Part shown: one piece after another, positions 40,069 to 53,449 of the stretch | How positions within the stretch are numbered: the stretch's first letter is position 1 | How the letters are laid out: every line of letters starts with the position of its first letter | NCBI GenBank assembly: GCA_013265495.1 | Contig: MU058824.1 | Span: forward strand, 1 to 64,000 | DNA: 64,000 bases | Source of the DNA: Vicugna vicugna | Taxonomy: Eukaryota | Direction of reading: 5' to 3' | The notes under the pieces: model-generated | Database searches by the model: none | What the model was told of the DNA's origin: nothing | What the model saw: only the letters and a program-made list of their open reading frames with translations | Made by a program: the position numbers and the translations under genes

Positions 40069-41257
40069 CTGAAAAGGAAAACATCTGTAGAAAGATACCA
40101 TATACGTCTTCTGGTGATGTTAATCTTCTTAACCGTTTTATTTGACATAGTAAATATATACCTGGTGGATAGAACAAGAAACCTATACATTGCCAATCTT
40201 TATCATTCTAAGCAAAGAATAAGATGTTAGACCAGAATTTAAAATATGGTATTAGAAAAAATATATGGAGGTTATTTTTTTTACAAAATATACCATTAAA
40301 ATTCAATGCTATGAATATTCACTTAACATGTACACTGTCTTAATTTGTATATGAAACAAAGGCACAGAGTGGGAAATAAAAAAGGTAAGTTTAGTGAGGA
40401 GATTATGTGTGATGTTCTGGTTTATATATCTTTTATTATTGTTATAATAATATCATTAAACAATTAAAATACATGCTGCTACTAGTATCTTATTACATAT
40501 ACTCATTTTAATGTCCTATGGAAATTTCAGCAAAGAATTGGAAAACAGAAAATAAATCAAAATAAAAGTCTAGAGCTGAAAAATAAAACAATATAAGTTG
40601 ACAAGAGATGGACTTAATAGGCGATTACATATAACTGAAGAGACAATTAGCAGGGTAAAACATCGGAAGATACCACATGGGCTGAAGCATGGAGCATCAA
40701 AAGGAAAAAATAGAGACATGAACACAAAAAACACATGGGATATGGTGAAAGTTGCAAGAATAAGAGAAAATAAAGCAGAAGCAATATTTGGAGACACAGT
40801 ACTGCCAAAACTTTTCCCAAAGTGACCAAAACACCAAGAAGTACTACAAATTTCAAGAAGAAAAAACACAAAAGAAAACCACAAAAGACAAAGAGAAAAC
40901 CTTAACGTCACCCAGAGGAAAAGAGATACATTACCCTTGAAAGAACACTGAAACCATCAACTGATTTCTCAACAGGAAAGAAAAAAAGCAAGAAGATACT
41001 GGAATGAAATCTTCAAAATGCTAAAAGGAAATACTTCCCAACACAGAACTCTCTCTCCTCCAAAAATATCCTTCAAAGTTTAAGGCAAAATGCATTGAAT
41101 ACAAAAGCTGAGAGGATTTGTGATCAGCCCAAATACACTCACGGAAATACAATTCAAGAGAAGGAAAATAATCCCAGAAAGAAGCATCACGATGCAGAAT
41201 AAAATGTAGAACAATGAAAGGGTGAAGTATGTCAGTAGACCTAAGTCAAACTGACTA

Positions 41258-41284
41258 CATCATCATCATCATCATCATCATCAT
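41258..41284. repeat. (CAT)9 microsatellite
   Basis: Direct reading. Confidence 0.95.
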
Positions 41285-42932
41285 AACAACATCATATGGA
41301 GCTTAAAAAACGTCATTAATAACCTGGACATCAGTAGTACATAAGGCAGGAAAGGGCTGCTCTATCCTTTTTGCATTATTCAGAACTAGTAAAAGTAGTA
41401 AGATATACAATACTTTAATAAGTATTTGATTAATCAAATGGAAGGCAAAAAAGAAAAAAACTGTAATACTACATTGAATAAGATTTTTTATGTTATTAGC
41501 AATCAGAGAAATCAGATTAAACCATTTTCATGTACCAGAATGCTGGCTTTCAAATGTTTGATAATATCCAGTCTTGCTGAGTTTGTTAGGAAATTGAAAC
41601 TCCTATACACTGCTGGGGGTGGGGAGGGGACAGGCACCGACTGGCACAGGGAAACTGAATGGCAATTTGGAATTGCTGTCGAAATACAAAGTATGAATAC
41701 CACATGATCCAGTAATTCTTTGAAGCATCTTTCTTAGAAAAATATTCACATATTTTTACAACCAGATGTGAAAGAGGATTTTTATTGAAGAAATAAAGCA
41801 AAAACAAAAAAATTTTAAGAAGGTAATTGCTAAACTGGCATATTTGTACTTTGGAATATTATGCCGTATTTTATAAGACAGAACCAGCCAGAAATCTACT
41901 GTTGAATTAAAATAAGCATGTGAAAAAATTATGTATACTGATAACACATTTTATATAATTAAACACAAAAAAAAAGGCTAGAAAGGAGGGGGAAAAAAGA
42001 GCATAAACTAGTAGGATAAATAAGTATTAAGATGATAAGTTTAAACCCAAATATATCAATAATACATTGAACATGAATAGATCAAATACATAATTTAAAG
42101 GAAAGGTTGTCAGACTGTCAGATTAAAATAAGCAACTTAATCACATAGAAAAGATACACCCTAAATAAATGAGGTGGAGAGCAAAAGGATGGAAACATTA
42201 TATATGCCACGCAAACACTAACCAATAGAAAACTGGTGTGCTGTCACTTCTATAGGACAGAGCAGACTTTAAGGCAGGAAGCATTACTCCACAGACATAC
42301 AGAGGGACGTTTATGACGATAAAAGAGCAGATCGAAAGGCAAAATACAGTAAGTCTAAATTAGTATGAATCTAACAAACTTACTCTAAAAATATATACAG
42401 CAAAAAAACTGGCAGAAATAAAAGAGGAGATAGAAAAATCCACGTCATGGTTAGAGACTTTGACACATCCTTCTCAGTAACTGATAGAAAAAACAAAAAT
42501 ACCATCAGTAAGAATGTAGATTTGAGCAAGATTAACACATGACCCTAATGGACAGATACAGACAGAACAGTGCACTCCACTAGCATCAATTATACCTTCT
42601 TTTCAAATACCACAGAACATTTACCAAACTGTCCAAAATCTGAGCCAAAACCAAGTTTCAACAAATTTCAAAAGATTTAAGTAATACAGGTTATGTCCTG
42701 ACTAACCACAGAGAAATTAAGTAATAATTAATACCAAATAGATAACTACAAAATCCCCATATGTTTGGAAATGAACCAACACCCTTCTCAATAGCTCATG
42801 GGTTAAAGAAGATAATGAAGTAAATGACAATTTTTAAGAATTCCATATGCATGTTTGCAGATGAAGCACTAGAGCCACGCTTGAAAGGACATTTATGGTC
42901 TCAAATGTGCCTATTTTAAAAATGAGAAAGGT

Positions 42933-43088
42933 GAGGGGGGAGGGTATAGCTCAGTGGCAGAGTGCATGCTTAGCACGCACAGGTTCTGGCTTCAATTCCC
43001 AGGACCTCCATTAAAATAAAATAGATAAATAAATAAGCCTAATTACCTGCCCCCCCCCAATAAAGAAATAAATAATTTTAAAATATCA
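42933..43088 (+). mobile_element. tRNA-Ala-derived SINE inserted into an old L1
   Basis: Full head, A-rich tail, TSD aaaatgagaaagg / aaagtgagaaagg. Confidence 0.88.
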
Positions 43089-44287
43089 AAAAGTGAGAAA
43101 GGCTAAAACTCAATTATTTCAGTACTTGTCTTAAGAAGTTAGAAAGAGAAAAAAGGACGTCGATTAAATCCAAAGAGAAAAAAATAAAGATTAGAAGTTA
43201 ATTAAATAAAAAAAAAAGCATGTGAGAGAATCAACAAAACAAAAAGTTGGTTCATTGCAAGTCCTAATAATATTAACAAACCCTCGCCAAGACCAAAAAA
43301 AGGCAAAAAAAGAAGTAAAAAGGGACATCAACTACAGTGTCTAGAGACATTAAAATGTAAGTAGCTATTATTAACAACTCTATGCCAATACATTTGAAAT
43401 AATAAATTAAATAGACTAATTCCTAGAAAGACGTAACTTAGCAAAAATATCAGAACATCTGCATAGTCCCACACCCATTAGAGAAACTGAATATAGCCTG
43501 ATTTTTTTCATATAGCAATACATTATATAAATATTTCCTTATGCCCCTTATTCAGTGACAGAGAACATTAATTATAGTAGTTAATTAAGACTGGGGTTGC
43601 ATTTAACCTTTATTAATTCTTAACCATGTGCTCTTTGAGGACTTATTATAACTTTTTTATGCTACGTTTTTTTAAAATACTGACTCCAGGGGTGGGATAT
43701 TACATTTACTTAGTACAATGCCATGGATCTAAGAAATGCTGGTAAGGACAGCAATGAGTATGTTTAATCACTGTACAGTAACCTATTTTCCCTTCTTATA
43801 AATGCTACAAGAAAATCCCTGTTTATCTACCTTTGTACATATCCCTAATTTCTTCAGGCTTAAATCCTGCAAGTGAAATTGATGGACCAAAAGAGATTCA
43901 TGATGCAAAGTGCCCACAGTCCTTCGAAAAAGCTCAATCAGCTTGCACTGCCAAAAACATTTCCCTACACCCCATCCTTCTGGACATTATCCTTTTATAT
44001 TTTTGTCAATTTGGCAGGACAAAGTGGCAGATCAGTATCATATTATTTTGCATTTTGTTTATTATTAAGTATGAACATCTATTAGATCTACTGGCATCTG
44101 TAATAGTCCCTTCATAAACTGCCTTTTCCTGTCATTTACCAGAGCAGGAGAGAGGGAAGAAGACTGGCAAATTACAAAGTCCTGATGGTCAAGGGTCCCA
44201 AGGCAAATACACATTGGTTTGCAAACTGGCCCTGTACTCAGAAGGCAAGCAGAGACGGAAGAGGCAGAGCACTCCAGACTGACAGTG

Positions 44288-44465
44288 GCAGGTACACACC
44301 ACTATGTATAAAACAGATAAACAAGGTCTTACTATATAGCACAGAGAACTATATTCAGTTTCCTGTAGTGAACCGTAATGGAAAACTGATTCACTTTGCC
44401 CTACACATGAAACTAACATTGTAAACTGACTATACTTCCATAAAAAATAAGAATTTTAAAAAAAG
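44288..44465 (+). mobile_element. L1 3' UTR fragment
   Basis: ...gaaactaacattgtaaactgactatacttcc plus A tail, same family end as 33160-33200. Confidence 0.75.
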
Positions 44466-45337
44466 AGCAAGGGAACTTACTCATGAGACTTGTCTTAGGC
44501 GGCTGTAAGACTAGTAGATCTCCCCATTGCCTGCCAGAAACTTAAAGTTTATATGGAAGCCTTGGGTTCAGTCATGTACACTGTCCGGATGGTCTCAGCA
44601 ACACATCACTTTCCCAAGGCTACATCCTTAAAAAGGCTCCCACATGGGAACGGTGGGTGGAACTGGACCTTCCAAGGACAGGAGAAGGGTGAGGAGCCTC
44701 TGATTGCCCAGGTCCAGCTTGGGGCTCAACCAGCGGTCACAACCTCTCAATTACCTTCTTCAAATAATACCATCTGAAAAATTTTAATCTAGTCTTCCCT
44801 TCCTGGGAACCCCAAAATTGTTTGCACCTGGGCCTTCTTCTTGACAACACTCCTTTGATCCATTTTTCTTCTGGGATATTGTATTTTTTCATATTGATTT
44901 ATAAGAACTCTTTATAGAGTTTGTTGTTTACCTTTTAATCTTGCCTCAGTTTATCTACTTTCATGCTCATTTAATGACAAAAGTATTCAGGCCAAGGCTT
45001 TGTCTCTGGTTGTAGTTTGGGTTATATGCTATGGTACTTACAGGGAGTTTTCTCATTATCATTATCTTCTCAACTTTTGAATCTGCAGTTTGTTTTTCAT
45101 AGTGTCTGGATTTACTGCATAATATAAGAAAAACAAAATCAGAAAAGCACAATTACCATGCACATCACCTATTAGGTTTTGCTTCTTTAATTATTATAGA
45201 ATATTAAACAAAGCACATAAAAACCATACCATGAGGATATTCTCAGCTAGAGTGGTTGGGCTTTTTCCTAATTCAAAAGGAAAAGGAAAAATATAGGGGC
45301 AGGGAGAGCATATAAATTCTAAAAGCAAAAATTATAC

Positions 45338-45546
45338 ATATTCACTGGCAGAGCTGTATGTAGTCAAAATGATACTGCACCCATTATCAAATAATGTTTT
45401 AACTACCAGATGTAATCTATAATGCTTAGGCCTCAGGAAGTGAGACAAGTCAATGCCAGGCTGTGGACAGACACCAGCTGTCATTGAGTCTTCAGTGATC
45501 TCAAGTAAAAAACATGTCACCACACACTTCCCTGGGGTCTGTTTTA
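45338..45546 (-). pseudogene. RAPGEF-like pseudo-exon: end of DEP1 and linker helix (VKQTP...LVVKTLFDNGCSIILT...ASE)
   Basis: tttcAG acceptor, open frame throughout, GTATAA donor; sits where the Epac VDQ...RMILRKPP segment is expected; sequence similarity weak. Confidence 0.4.
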
Positions 45547-46082
45547 CTGAAACTAGAAATTACTTCCATGATTAACAGTGTATGTAGCATTGTTTATATT
45601 GTTGCATTGACAGTTTAGAAATTGTTGACATTTCCAAAAGAGCCATCTGATGAGAGATTTTGAAATTATTCCAATTGAGGACAGCCATGGTTTCTTGTTA
45701 AATTAAGCTCCTGTTAGATGCCTAGAGAGATGGGGCATGAGAAAGCCCAGAACAAGGCCAGTAGGAATGCAAGATTTGATGAGCTGAGGCTGAAGCACCG
45801 ACTGCACTGAGGTATTTACTAAACTTTTACATGGCACCTTTCCGGGTGGAAGCTACATGTAAAATCTGTGCAATACATGAGAAAACATGAGAAAAACATG
45901 CAACCCTAACTGTGCTCAATCGTATTTATCAGTGTTTGTCCAAAAGATCAAATTGTGCCCCATCCAATGAGATACAGTGTAATGCGCTGTGAGAGCTTGG
46001 AAAAGCAAAGTAACAAAAGACGGGCAAAAGATAAAAGTGTCAAAGGGAGACTGACAATAGCCTCTGTTTTGGCACATGTTAC

Positions 46083-46230
46083 CCTGTTCCTGTCAAAGCA
46101 TAACTATATAAGAATATGAGGCACTGACTTTTTTCAAATGCAGACATAGAGGATTTCTTGACATCAGCATTCCACAAACTGACTTCCCAAAGAATCCTTA
46201 TAACCCAACAAATGCACATACAACATTGGT
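46083..46230 (-). pseudogene. RAPGEF-like pseudo-exon: first DEP domain (YKDSLGSQFVE[fs]LMSRNP...QEQG)
   Basis: ttcccAG acceptor and CAGG|GTAAC donor; resembles Epac2 YRQCCVGTELVDWMMQQTP after restoring one missing base. Confidence 0.6.
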
Positions 46231-46397
46231 CTGGGAACACAATTGGGAATATGCTGATTGACATGCATACAGTATACTGTCAAGTAGTGCAACACTATGT
46301 ATAAGACAGTAACAACTGTGTTATTATACATATTATATATTTATTTACATATAAATATATGTAAAATGTATTTACATAGTATATATTTTGTTATACA

Positions 46398-47016
46398 TAT
46401 TCTTGGATTTCATATTTGCAAATTTGTCTACTTGCCAAAACTCATTTGTAACCCCAAAATCAATACTCTTGCGGTCTCATTTCACTGACATTTGAAAAGT
46501 GGGGAACGTTCTGAGTTGCCAATGCTCTCTTTCTCAGCTGAGGTTGAACAAGAAAACATTCTTCCTTCTTGTTTCAGCTCTCCTACTGTAAACGAATGTC
46601 CTTTTCATGGTTTATTTAGTGCCATGTTTTTCACATCTTTGTGCTTTTAATTGGGGATGTTCCGTGAGCTCCAAACATAGTGCTGGGTGCCATCTAGTGT
46701 TCCTAAATGCAAGAAGGCTCTGGTATGTCTGATGGAGAAAATACGTGTGTTACATAAGCTTTGTGCAGGCATGAGCTGGCTGGCTGTGAGTTCAACATTA
46801 ATAAATCAACAATGATGTTAAATAAAGTGTCTTTAAATAGAAATACATAAAACAAGGTTCTATATTGATCAGTTGACAAAAATGCTGTGACCAAAGGCTC
46901 ACAGGAACCTAACCCTGTATTTCCCTTAGGAGCAATTACACAGTATTCACTAATTCAGTGCTCAAGACAAACTTATAGACTATAATTACCAGTGAATAGC
47001 AAGAATAGAGGATGTA
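46398..47016. mobile_element. Tigger-family MITE (MER82-like)
   Basis: atttgtaaccccaaaatcaatact...cagctgaggttgaacaag...ggctcacaggaacctaaccc. Confidence 0.75.
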
Positions 47017-48179
47017 TATAAATGAGTCAGAGAAACTTTAGGACTTTAATTTTTTTAAGCTAGAGAAATGGGCCTGAATAAGAGATATCTCTGGTAGCTA
47101 TTTATTTATTCAGTCAATGAATATATATTGAGTTTTTCTGTGTGCCAGGTAGAAAGTGGTACACAAATAAAGATACTGTCCCGATTTTCTGGAAGTCTGT
47201 GTTCGAGCAGGGAACACTATGTCTGAAGCAAAAGAAAGAAAAGAAGACAGGCAGAAGGTGAACCATCCAAGGCTTTATAAGCCAAGCTAAAAAATGTGAG
47301 TTTTATTCTGAGTGCAAGGGGAAACCATCAACGAGGGTGATTAGCTTATTTACCTTACAAAGATTGCTTTGGCTGCAGTGTAGAATGGCAGAAGCAGGTG
47401 GTCAGAATCAGTGTGGGAGAACAGTTACACTATGCTAACCTCCCTGAAGTGTCTCTCACAGTATAACTATAGCCTAATAGACACTCAGCTATCAGTGTGC
47501 AGAGTGGACCATACACATAGGGAAGAGTGAGGAGAAAAATCAGCACAGCCACAATCAGAGGAGTTCTAAATCTCTCACTCTAAAATTTATAAGCCATGGG
47601 AACACTGCGACTACTTTTCTTTTCAAATATATGTCTGAATTTCCTTTGATGCAACCTTAATCTTGTTTACTATGACTTATCTTATTTTTCAAAAGGTGTA
47701 TTTGTATACCATTCAAATGTATACTTCATCCTTTTTGTCATTATTCCCCCATTTTCACAGTCTGCTTAAGTCACTTTTAGAATGTATTTGGTAAGTATTC
47801 TTATGAGTACAAAGACTTCCCTCCTCAGTGGATCCCAAAACGATTTCCGGAAAGGATGGAGGTGGCGGGGAGTCACAAGTTAATGGTAACCCAGAAAACT
47901 TAGGATTTAAGGCATCTAGCTTTTGGCTGTGGCTGCTCTCCTCACTTTTTCCTGTATGGAGACTTTTAAAGAAATGGTTAAAAAGTTGTATTTCAAAAGA
48001 GGACGTGAGGAAGGAGAGGGGGAGGAGGAGGAGAAGCTGGAACAGGAAAAGAAGGAAAAAGAAGAGAAGGAATCTCTGAACCAGTGAGCTTGTCGGGTCC
48101 TCATTTGACCAATTGTAAATAGGCATTTTTAAGACAAGCAGGGAAATCTGAATAAGGACTGTGTATTAGATGATGTGGG

Positions 48180-48275
48180 AAGTAGTGTGGGTATAGTTCA
48201 GTGGCAGAGTGCATGCTTGTCATGCTTAAGGTCCTGGGTTCAATCCCCAGCACCTCCATTAAAAAACAAAAGTAC
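48180..48275 (+). mobile_element. tRNA-Ala-derived SINE
   Basis: GGGTATAGTTCAGTGG...GGTTCAATCCCCAGCACCTCC plus A tail; tagatgat flanks. Confidence 0.85.
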
Positions 48276-50880
48276 AATAGATGATAAGGGGACATTTTGT
48301 TAGGTGTGATAATGCCATGCCATGGTATGTGGGGGGAAAAATTTATATATATATCAATTAGAGATATGTATTAAAGCATTTATGGGTAAAATGACATCAT
48401 ATCTAGGATTTGCTTTACAACACTCCAGAAAAGGGGTAAGATCAATGAAATGTTACTAACAAAAGATTAATCACTGTTGAGGCTGGGTGATGAGACATAG
48501 GGATTAAATAATACTTTTCCCTTAACTTGAAAATTGAGGCAAAGGAGACATAAGCCAAACTGCAGTGGCTGAGGAGTGACAGGGAGATAATTTGGTTTTG
48601 CTATTTCAAAGTCTTTTTATTTAAAAGGGCATTTTTATAAAATACTAAGTTTTGCTTTAATTGGGATTTGGGAAATTTAAGAGACTGGATTGTGTTCACA
48701 ATTAGGAGGGGATATTACGCAGCCTCACTTCTCAGGAGACACGGTCCAGAACCACAGCGGGTAGCCAATTGCACAGCACACATACAGGATGTTCTGAGGA
48801 TGCCTGGACTTCCTGCCCATCCCTGATGCAGGAAGTCATGGAATTTGATCAGAAACCATCTCCCAAGTAGGTAACAAGAAGGGAAGGACCACCAAAAGGT
48901 AAGTGAAAGCCATCCAAAATACTTGTTACACCTCCATCTCACTTTGAACTTGCACTGAGCCAGATAAAAACTTATTAGAAGGGCAGATTTGCTGTGGGAA
49001 GTAAAAGATTAGGGAACCACTCATTATGCAGATAACCGCAAAGCTCCCAGTGTGACAACCATTTCTCCTCTTTCTCATGGCCAGTGAGACTGTCTCACAA
49101 TTCAGATGCCTCTCTAGTCAATTTCACCTTCATGGTACTTTCCCTCTCTTCATAATCCAATAGGGAACTGAGCCTGGCCACTGGATAAAGATAAAATTTT
49201 TATTTCTTCTTTAGTGTCATTCCCTCTTAGGATACTTATGAACTATGCAATTTTTAAATGTTACTTGTTTAATAATATGTGGGGAAGCACACAGGATTTT
49301 TTTTAGGAGGATATAAATAGCATAAATTATGGAAAATATATGCAGTACTGTCAAAACAGAATAGCCTTTATGAATTACATTCTTCAAATCCTCTCCTTCC
49401 TTAATCTCCTGTATGGTCACAGAGTGACCTTGTCATCTCCTGAAAGATCAGCCACTAATTTAGACCATAACCTCCTAGTCTTCTGACCTCATCCAAACCT
49501 CTGGTCCATTGGCCCCTCCCCCTGATCCCAGCCCATCAGCCCACTCCTGGCTTCCTGCTCACCCTAGGCAATGCACATTCTAAGAAACAGTGTTTCCATA
49601 TTTCTTTCAGTTCCTCAAACTTCCCTAACTAAACTCTAGTTCTGGATACATCCAACCATCTACCTTCCCCATGCAGGTACCTGACCTTCTGACCAAACTT
49701 GAGAAAAGCATGGTTCCCTACTCTGAGCTATCATGACTTTGAAACATTTTTCCACCCTCTTCAGACCTCCAATCTCCCCTTAATCTCCTCACTCCCAGCA
49801 GATCATCTCACCTTCAACTACACAGAAAAAACACACTATCAGATGGGAATTACCTCCACTTTCTTCCCCTCCTATTGTAATTAAAAGAGCTCTCTCCTGT
49901 CTAAAAACAATTGCTCCCATCTGTGTCTAAATCCCATCCCCATGGGTGGTAAATTACAGCTCACCCTCACCCCAACCCTATCTCCCATCTCTCTCTTCCC
50001 TGCTCACTCCTTGGGTCAGCATTTGAACAATGTCCAAGGCATATTCTGCCATCAAACAAACAAACAAACCAACAAGTCACCTTCTCTCTCCACTCCAGCT
50101 CCATCTACCCTGTTCTCTTTTCTTGCCTTCACAGAAAGTTTGCCAGAGAGTGTCACATACAGTAACTATTTCTGTTTGTCATTACCCACTCATTCCAATC
50201 TGCATTCTACTCCTACCAGTCCCCTGAAATAGCTGTCATTAAGGTCAACCATGAGCACCATCTCACAAAATCCAGTTGAAATGAAGACTCGGGAACATCT
50301 CCAGAAGAAGCTGAAACTGATCACCTTGTCATGACTGCTGTTTCCCCTTGGGCAAAACTGCAAACTACAGAAATTATAGAACTAAACTATGACAAAAATC
50401 TAACAAAAATTAGTTTGCAATCACATTTAGAGAGATCAACAAAAACTTAGAAGAGTTAAGTTTTAAAAAGAGATTAAAGATGTAAACTGACTATACTTCA
50501 ATTAAAAAAAATTGACTAAAGAAATTTCTTAAAACAAAAAGCTTGCTAAAGAGAGCCACAGAAGAGAACTGTACTTGTTTTCATCCTTTTCTTAATGATT
50601 TTCACATGGCAGAAATACCGCACGCTAATTTAATAAGAAAAAATAACAAAGGAATACAAGGAAAACAATCATCCATACCTAGTATTCCACCCCCATCCTC
50701 TGATCCCTAATGAAACCACTGTTAATCATCAAGGGAATATTCTCCACATTCTTCTAGTCACAAAAATACACAAGCATACAAACACATACACTGGGATTTG
50801 GCTTCATTGCTAGTTAGTTGTTTGGTTAATATGCTGGCTTTTTGTTTTGTTTTGGTACATATATATTTGGTGTACATATG

Positions 50881-50940
50881 TATAATATAATATAATATAA
50901 TATAATATAATATAATATAATATAATATAATATAATATAA
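50881..50940. repeat. (TATAA)12 microsatellite at the L1 tail
   Basis: Direct reading. Confidence 0.95.
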
Positions 50941-51695
50941 AATATATGTTAGGTTCCCAACAAAATTGAGCAGAAATTAGAGTTTTCATAAGCCCTTTTG
51001 CCCCACGCATACAGCCTCCCCCACAATTAACATGCCCACCAGGATGGTCCTTTTGTTACAACCAATGAACCTACATTGACACATCATTATCACCCAGAGC
51101 GCACAGTCTACATTGCAGTTGTAATGCAACAGTGTTATATATTCATGGGTTTGACAAATGTATTCACCATTGTCATGCGCAATAGTTTCACTACCCTAAA
51201 AACCTCTGTGCTACCTATTCATCCCTCCCTCTCCTGCAACCCCTGGCAACCACTGATCTTTTTACTGTCTCCATGGTTTTGCCTCTTACAGAATATCATA
51301 TAATCAGAATTATACAGTATGCAGCCTTTACAGATTGGCTTCTTTCTCTTAGTAATATGCATGTCTTCTCACGGCTTGATAGCTGATTTCTTTTTAGTGC
51401 TGAATAATATTCATTGTCTGTATATATCAGTTTATTTATCCATTCACCTACTGAAACACATCTTGGTTGCTTCCAAGTTTTGGCAATTATGAATAAAGCT
51501 GCCATAAACATCCACGTGCAGGTTTCTGTGTGGACATAACTTTTCAATTCGTTTGAGTCAATACCAAGGAGAGCAATTAATTGCTGGATCACATGATGAG
51601 AGTATGTTATTTAGTTTTGCGAGAAACTGTTTTTCAAAGTGGCTGGACCACTTTGCTTTTCCACCAGCAATGAGCGAGAGTCCCTGTTGCTCCAG
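50941..51695 (-). mobile_element. L1MC1-like 3' end / ORF2 tail
   Basis: Minus ORF 51296..51592 contains [14 protein letters not shown], an L1 ORF2 C-terminal motif. Confidence 0.85.
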
Positions 51696-53242
51696 ATTAG
51701 TTTGTTTTTATAGAAGTAAAACAATTCTGTACACATTACTCTACACCTCCCCTTTTTCTCTTAACACAAAGCATGGACATCTCATCAGCCAGTGATAAAG
51801 GTCAAACTTCTTTGTTCTAATATTTTTGTGCACATATATATGTATGTATGTATGTATGTATATAATTGTACAGATCTGAAATCGTATGCAGCTTATTTTT
51901 TTCACTTCTGATGCTTCCATGTTACCGTAAGCAAATTAAAACCTCAGTGCCTCCGTTTTCTCATCTGTAAAAGAAAGTTAATTTTGTGAGCATTTATTGA
52001 GTTCAGGTATAAAATGTATGTATAATGATACCAGACATACTAAATACTACTAAATGTTACTATTGTAGGGAAAAATTGGTAAAGGCGTTGAAAGGTACCA
52101 AAGACATTACTGACTGCCCCAGATAGCACACCCTTCCAAGTCACATCAACCTTTCACTGTCGCTGAGCTACTTCACAGCTCTGTAAGTTATAGGAAATGG
52201 GGGAAATTGTAAGTCATCCTTGCCCATAAAAGTGCGAATTAATTGCGTCTAGCTGAATACAATCATTGGCTCGTGAATAGACCTTTTTGGAATCTATTTG
52301 CAGGTTCGTTGCAGCCTTCCTTACTTGCCCATATAATGTGCGGTTATTTGAATTTACCTTTGAACCAGTAGTAATGCCTTAACTGTCCTCTCATTAACTA
52401 ATGAATTAAATAAAATCTTGATATACATTTTACTTTATATTTGTATGAGAATCATGAGTCCATTTTTAACGTATCCTTCAACACTATAATTACGTTGTCA
52501 AAATGTTTACTTTGTTTTTAAACAACACAAAGATATTCTCGCACATGCAGGGGTACAGAGCTAGATATAAAATATAAAACACACCCAACTTCATTGTTAA
52601 AAGTGCTTGAAGAAATCAGCATACTGAGGCATAAATCAACACGAAGACCTCCAGAATAGCAAAGAGTGACGTTTAATACTGAAATTTCTTAAATTTAAAT
52701 CATAAATAAATACAGCTCTGGATCTGTAAAAAAAATGTACTTTACTATCTAACATGTGCAGAATGAATTAATGTGATTCGGACTCAGCATTGTCTGGGGA
52801 CTTACAAACTCATAAATAGGCTACACCAACTATACCAAGAATATTTACTGAATGAAAGGTAAATAGCTACAAGACCTATGGCTGGAATCTTGAAAAATGA
52901 AGTCATTAGCCTAAACAGTGACTTGCTAATCCTGCTATGGGAAAGCATGCTAAGAAACTACAAGGAATTTACATCATGTATGCCCATATTTCCACTTAAA
53001 AACTAGGGAGGACACTTAAATGTGTGACTCTTGAAATAAGAAATGTAATTCTGCCTTACATGGGTACAACTACCTACTAAATAACCTCAGGGAATCGGTA
53101 TCATTTCCACCCAGAATGTTTGCTTCTTAGAAAGAAAGACAGGTCTTTCCCCAAACAGGTTGACTCACTACTTTTTATGAAAAGTCAGCTAAATGCTAAA
53201 CAGATACTAAGGCTTCTAAAAAAAGTTTACATGCCTCTAGAC

Positions 53243-53449
53243 CAATGTCCGCCAGTTTGATCCTAAAGGATCAGATAGTAAATATTTTGGGCTTTGCAGA
53301 CCTCTTGGTCCCTGTCATAGTATTCACAGCTGTACAAAACACTGACAATGTATCAGCAACTGGGTATGGCTGGGCTCCAATTAAATTTATTTACCAAAAC
53401 AAGCAGAGAGCCGGACTTGGCCCTAGGGCCACAGTTTGCTGACCCCTTG
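53243..53449. mobile_element. MER58A (hAT-Charlie)
   Basis: cagatagtaaatatttt...cagtttgctgacccc; 8-bp TSD ctctagac / ctctggac. Confidence 0.85.

Larger units (their letters stand above)
40520..43490 (+). mobile_element. Degenerate ancient L1 (ORF1-like 40.5-41.25 kb; 3' fragment 41.5-41.95 kb; ORF2 endonuclease region 42.0-43.5 kb)
   Basis: A-rich strand with L1 ORF2 motifs such as tcaataatacattgaacatgaatagatcaaat and aatcaacaaaacaaaaagttggttc. Confidence 0.8.
12700..46230 (-). pseudogene. Decayed multi-exon Epac/RAPGEF3-4-5-like Rap guanine nucleotide exchange factor pseudogene
   Basis: About 14 minus-strand fragments, all in Epac domain order (DEP, CNBD, DEP, CNBD, REM, RA, CDC25), many with residual AG/GT sites and most with stops or frameshifts; similarity judged by eye. 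Confidence 0.75.

Noticed and set aside
47755..48126. 123-aa hydrophobic and 83-aa basic ORFs
   Set aside because: Produced by a GA-rich low-complexity tract.
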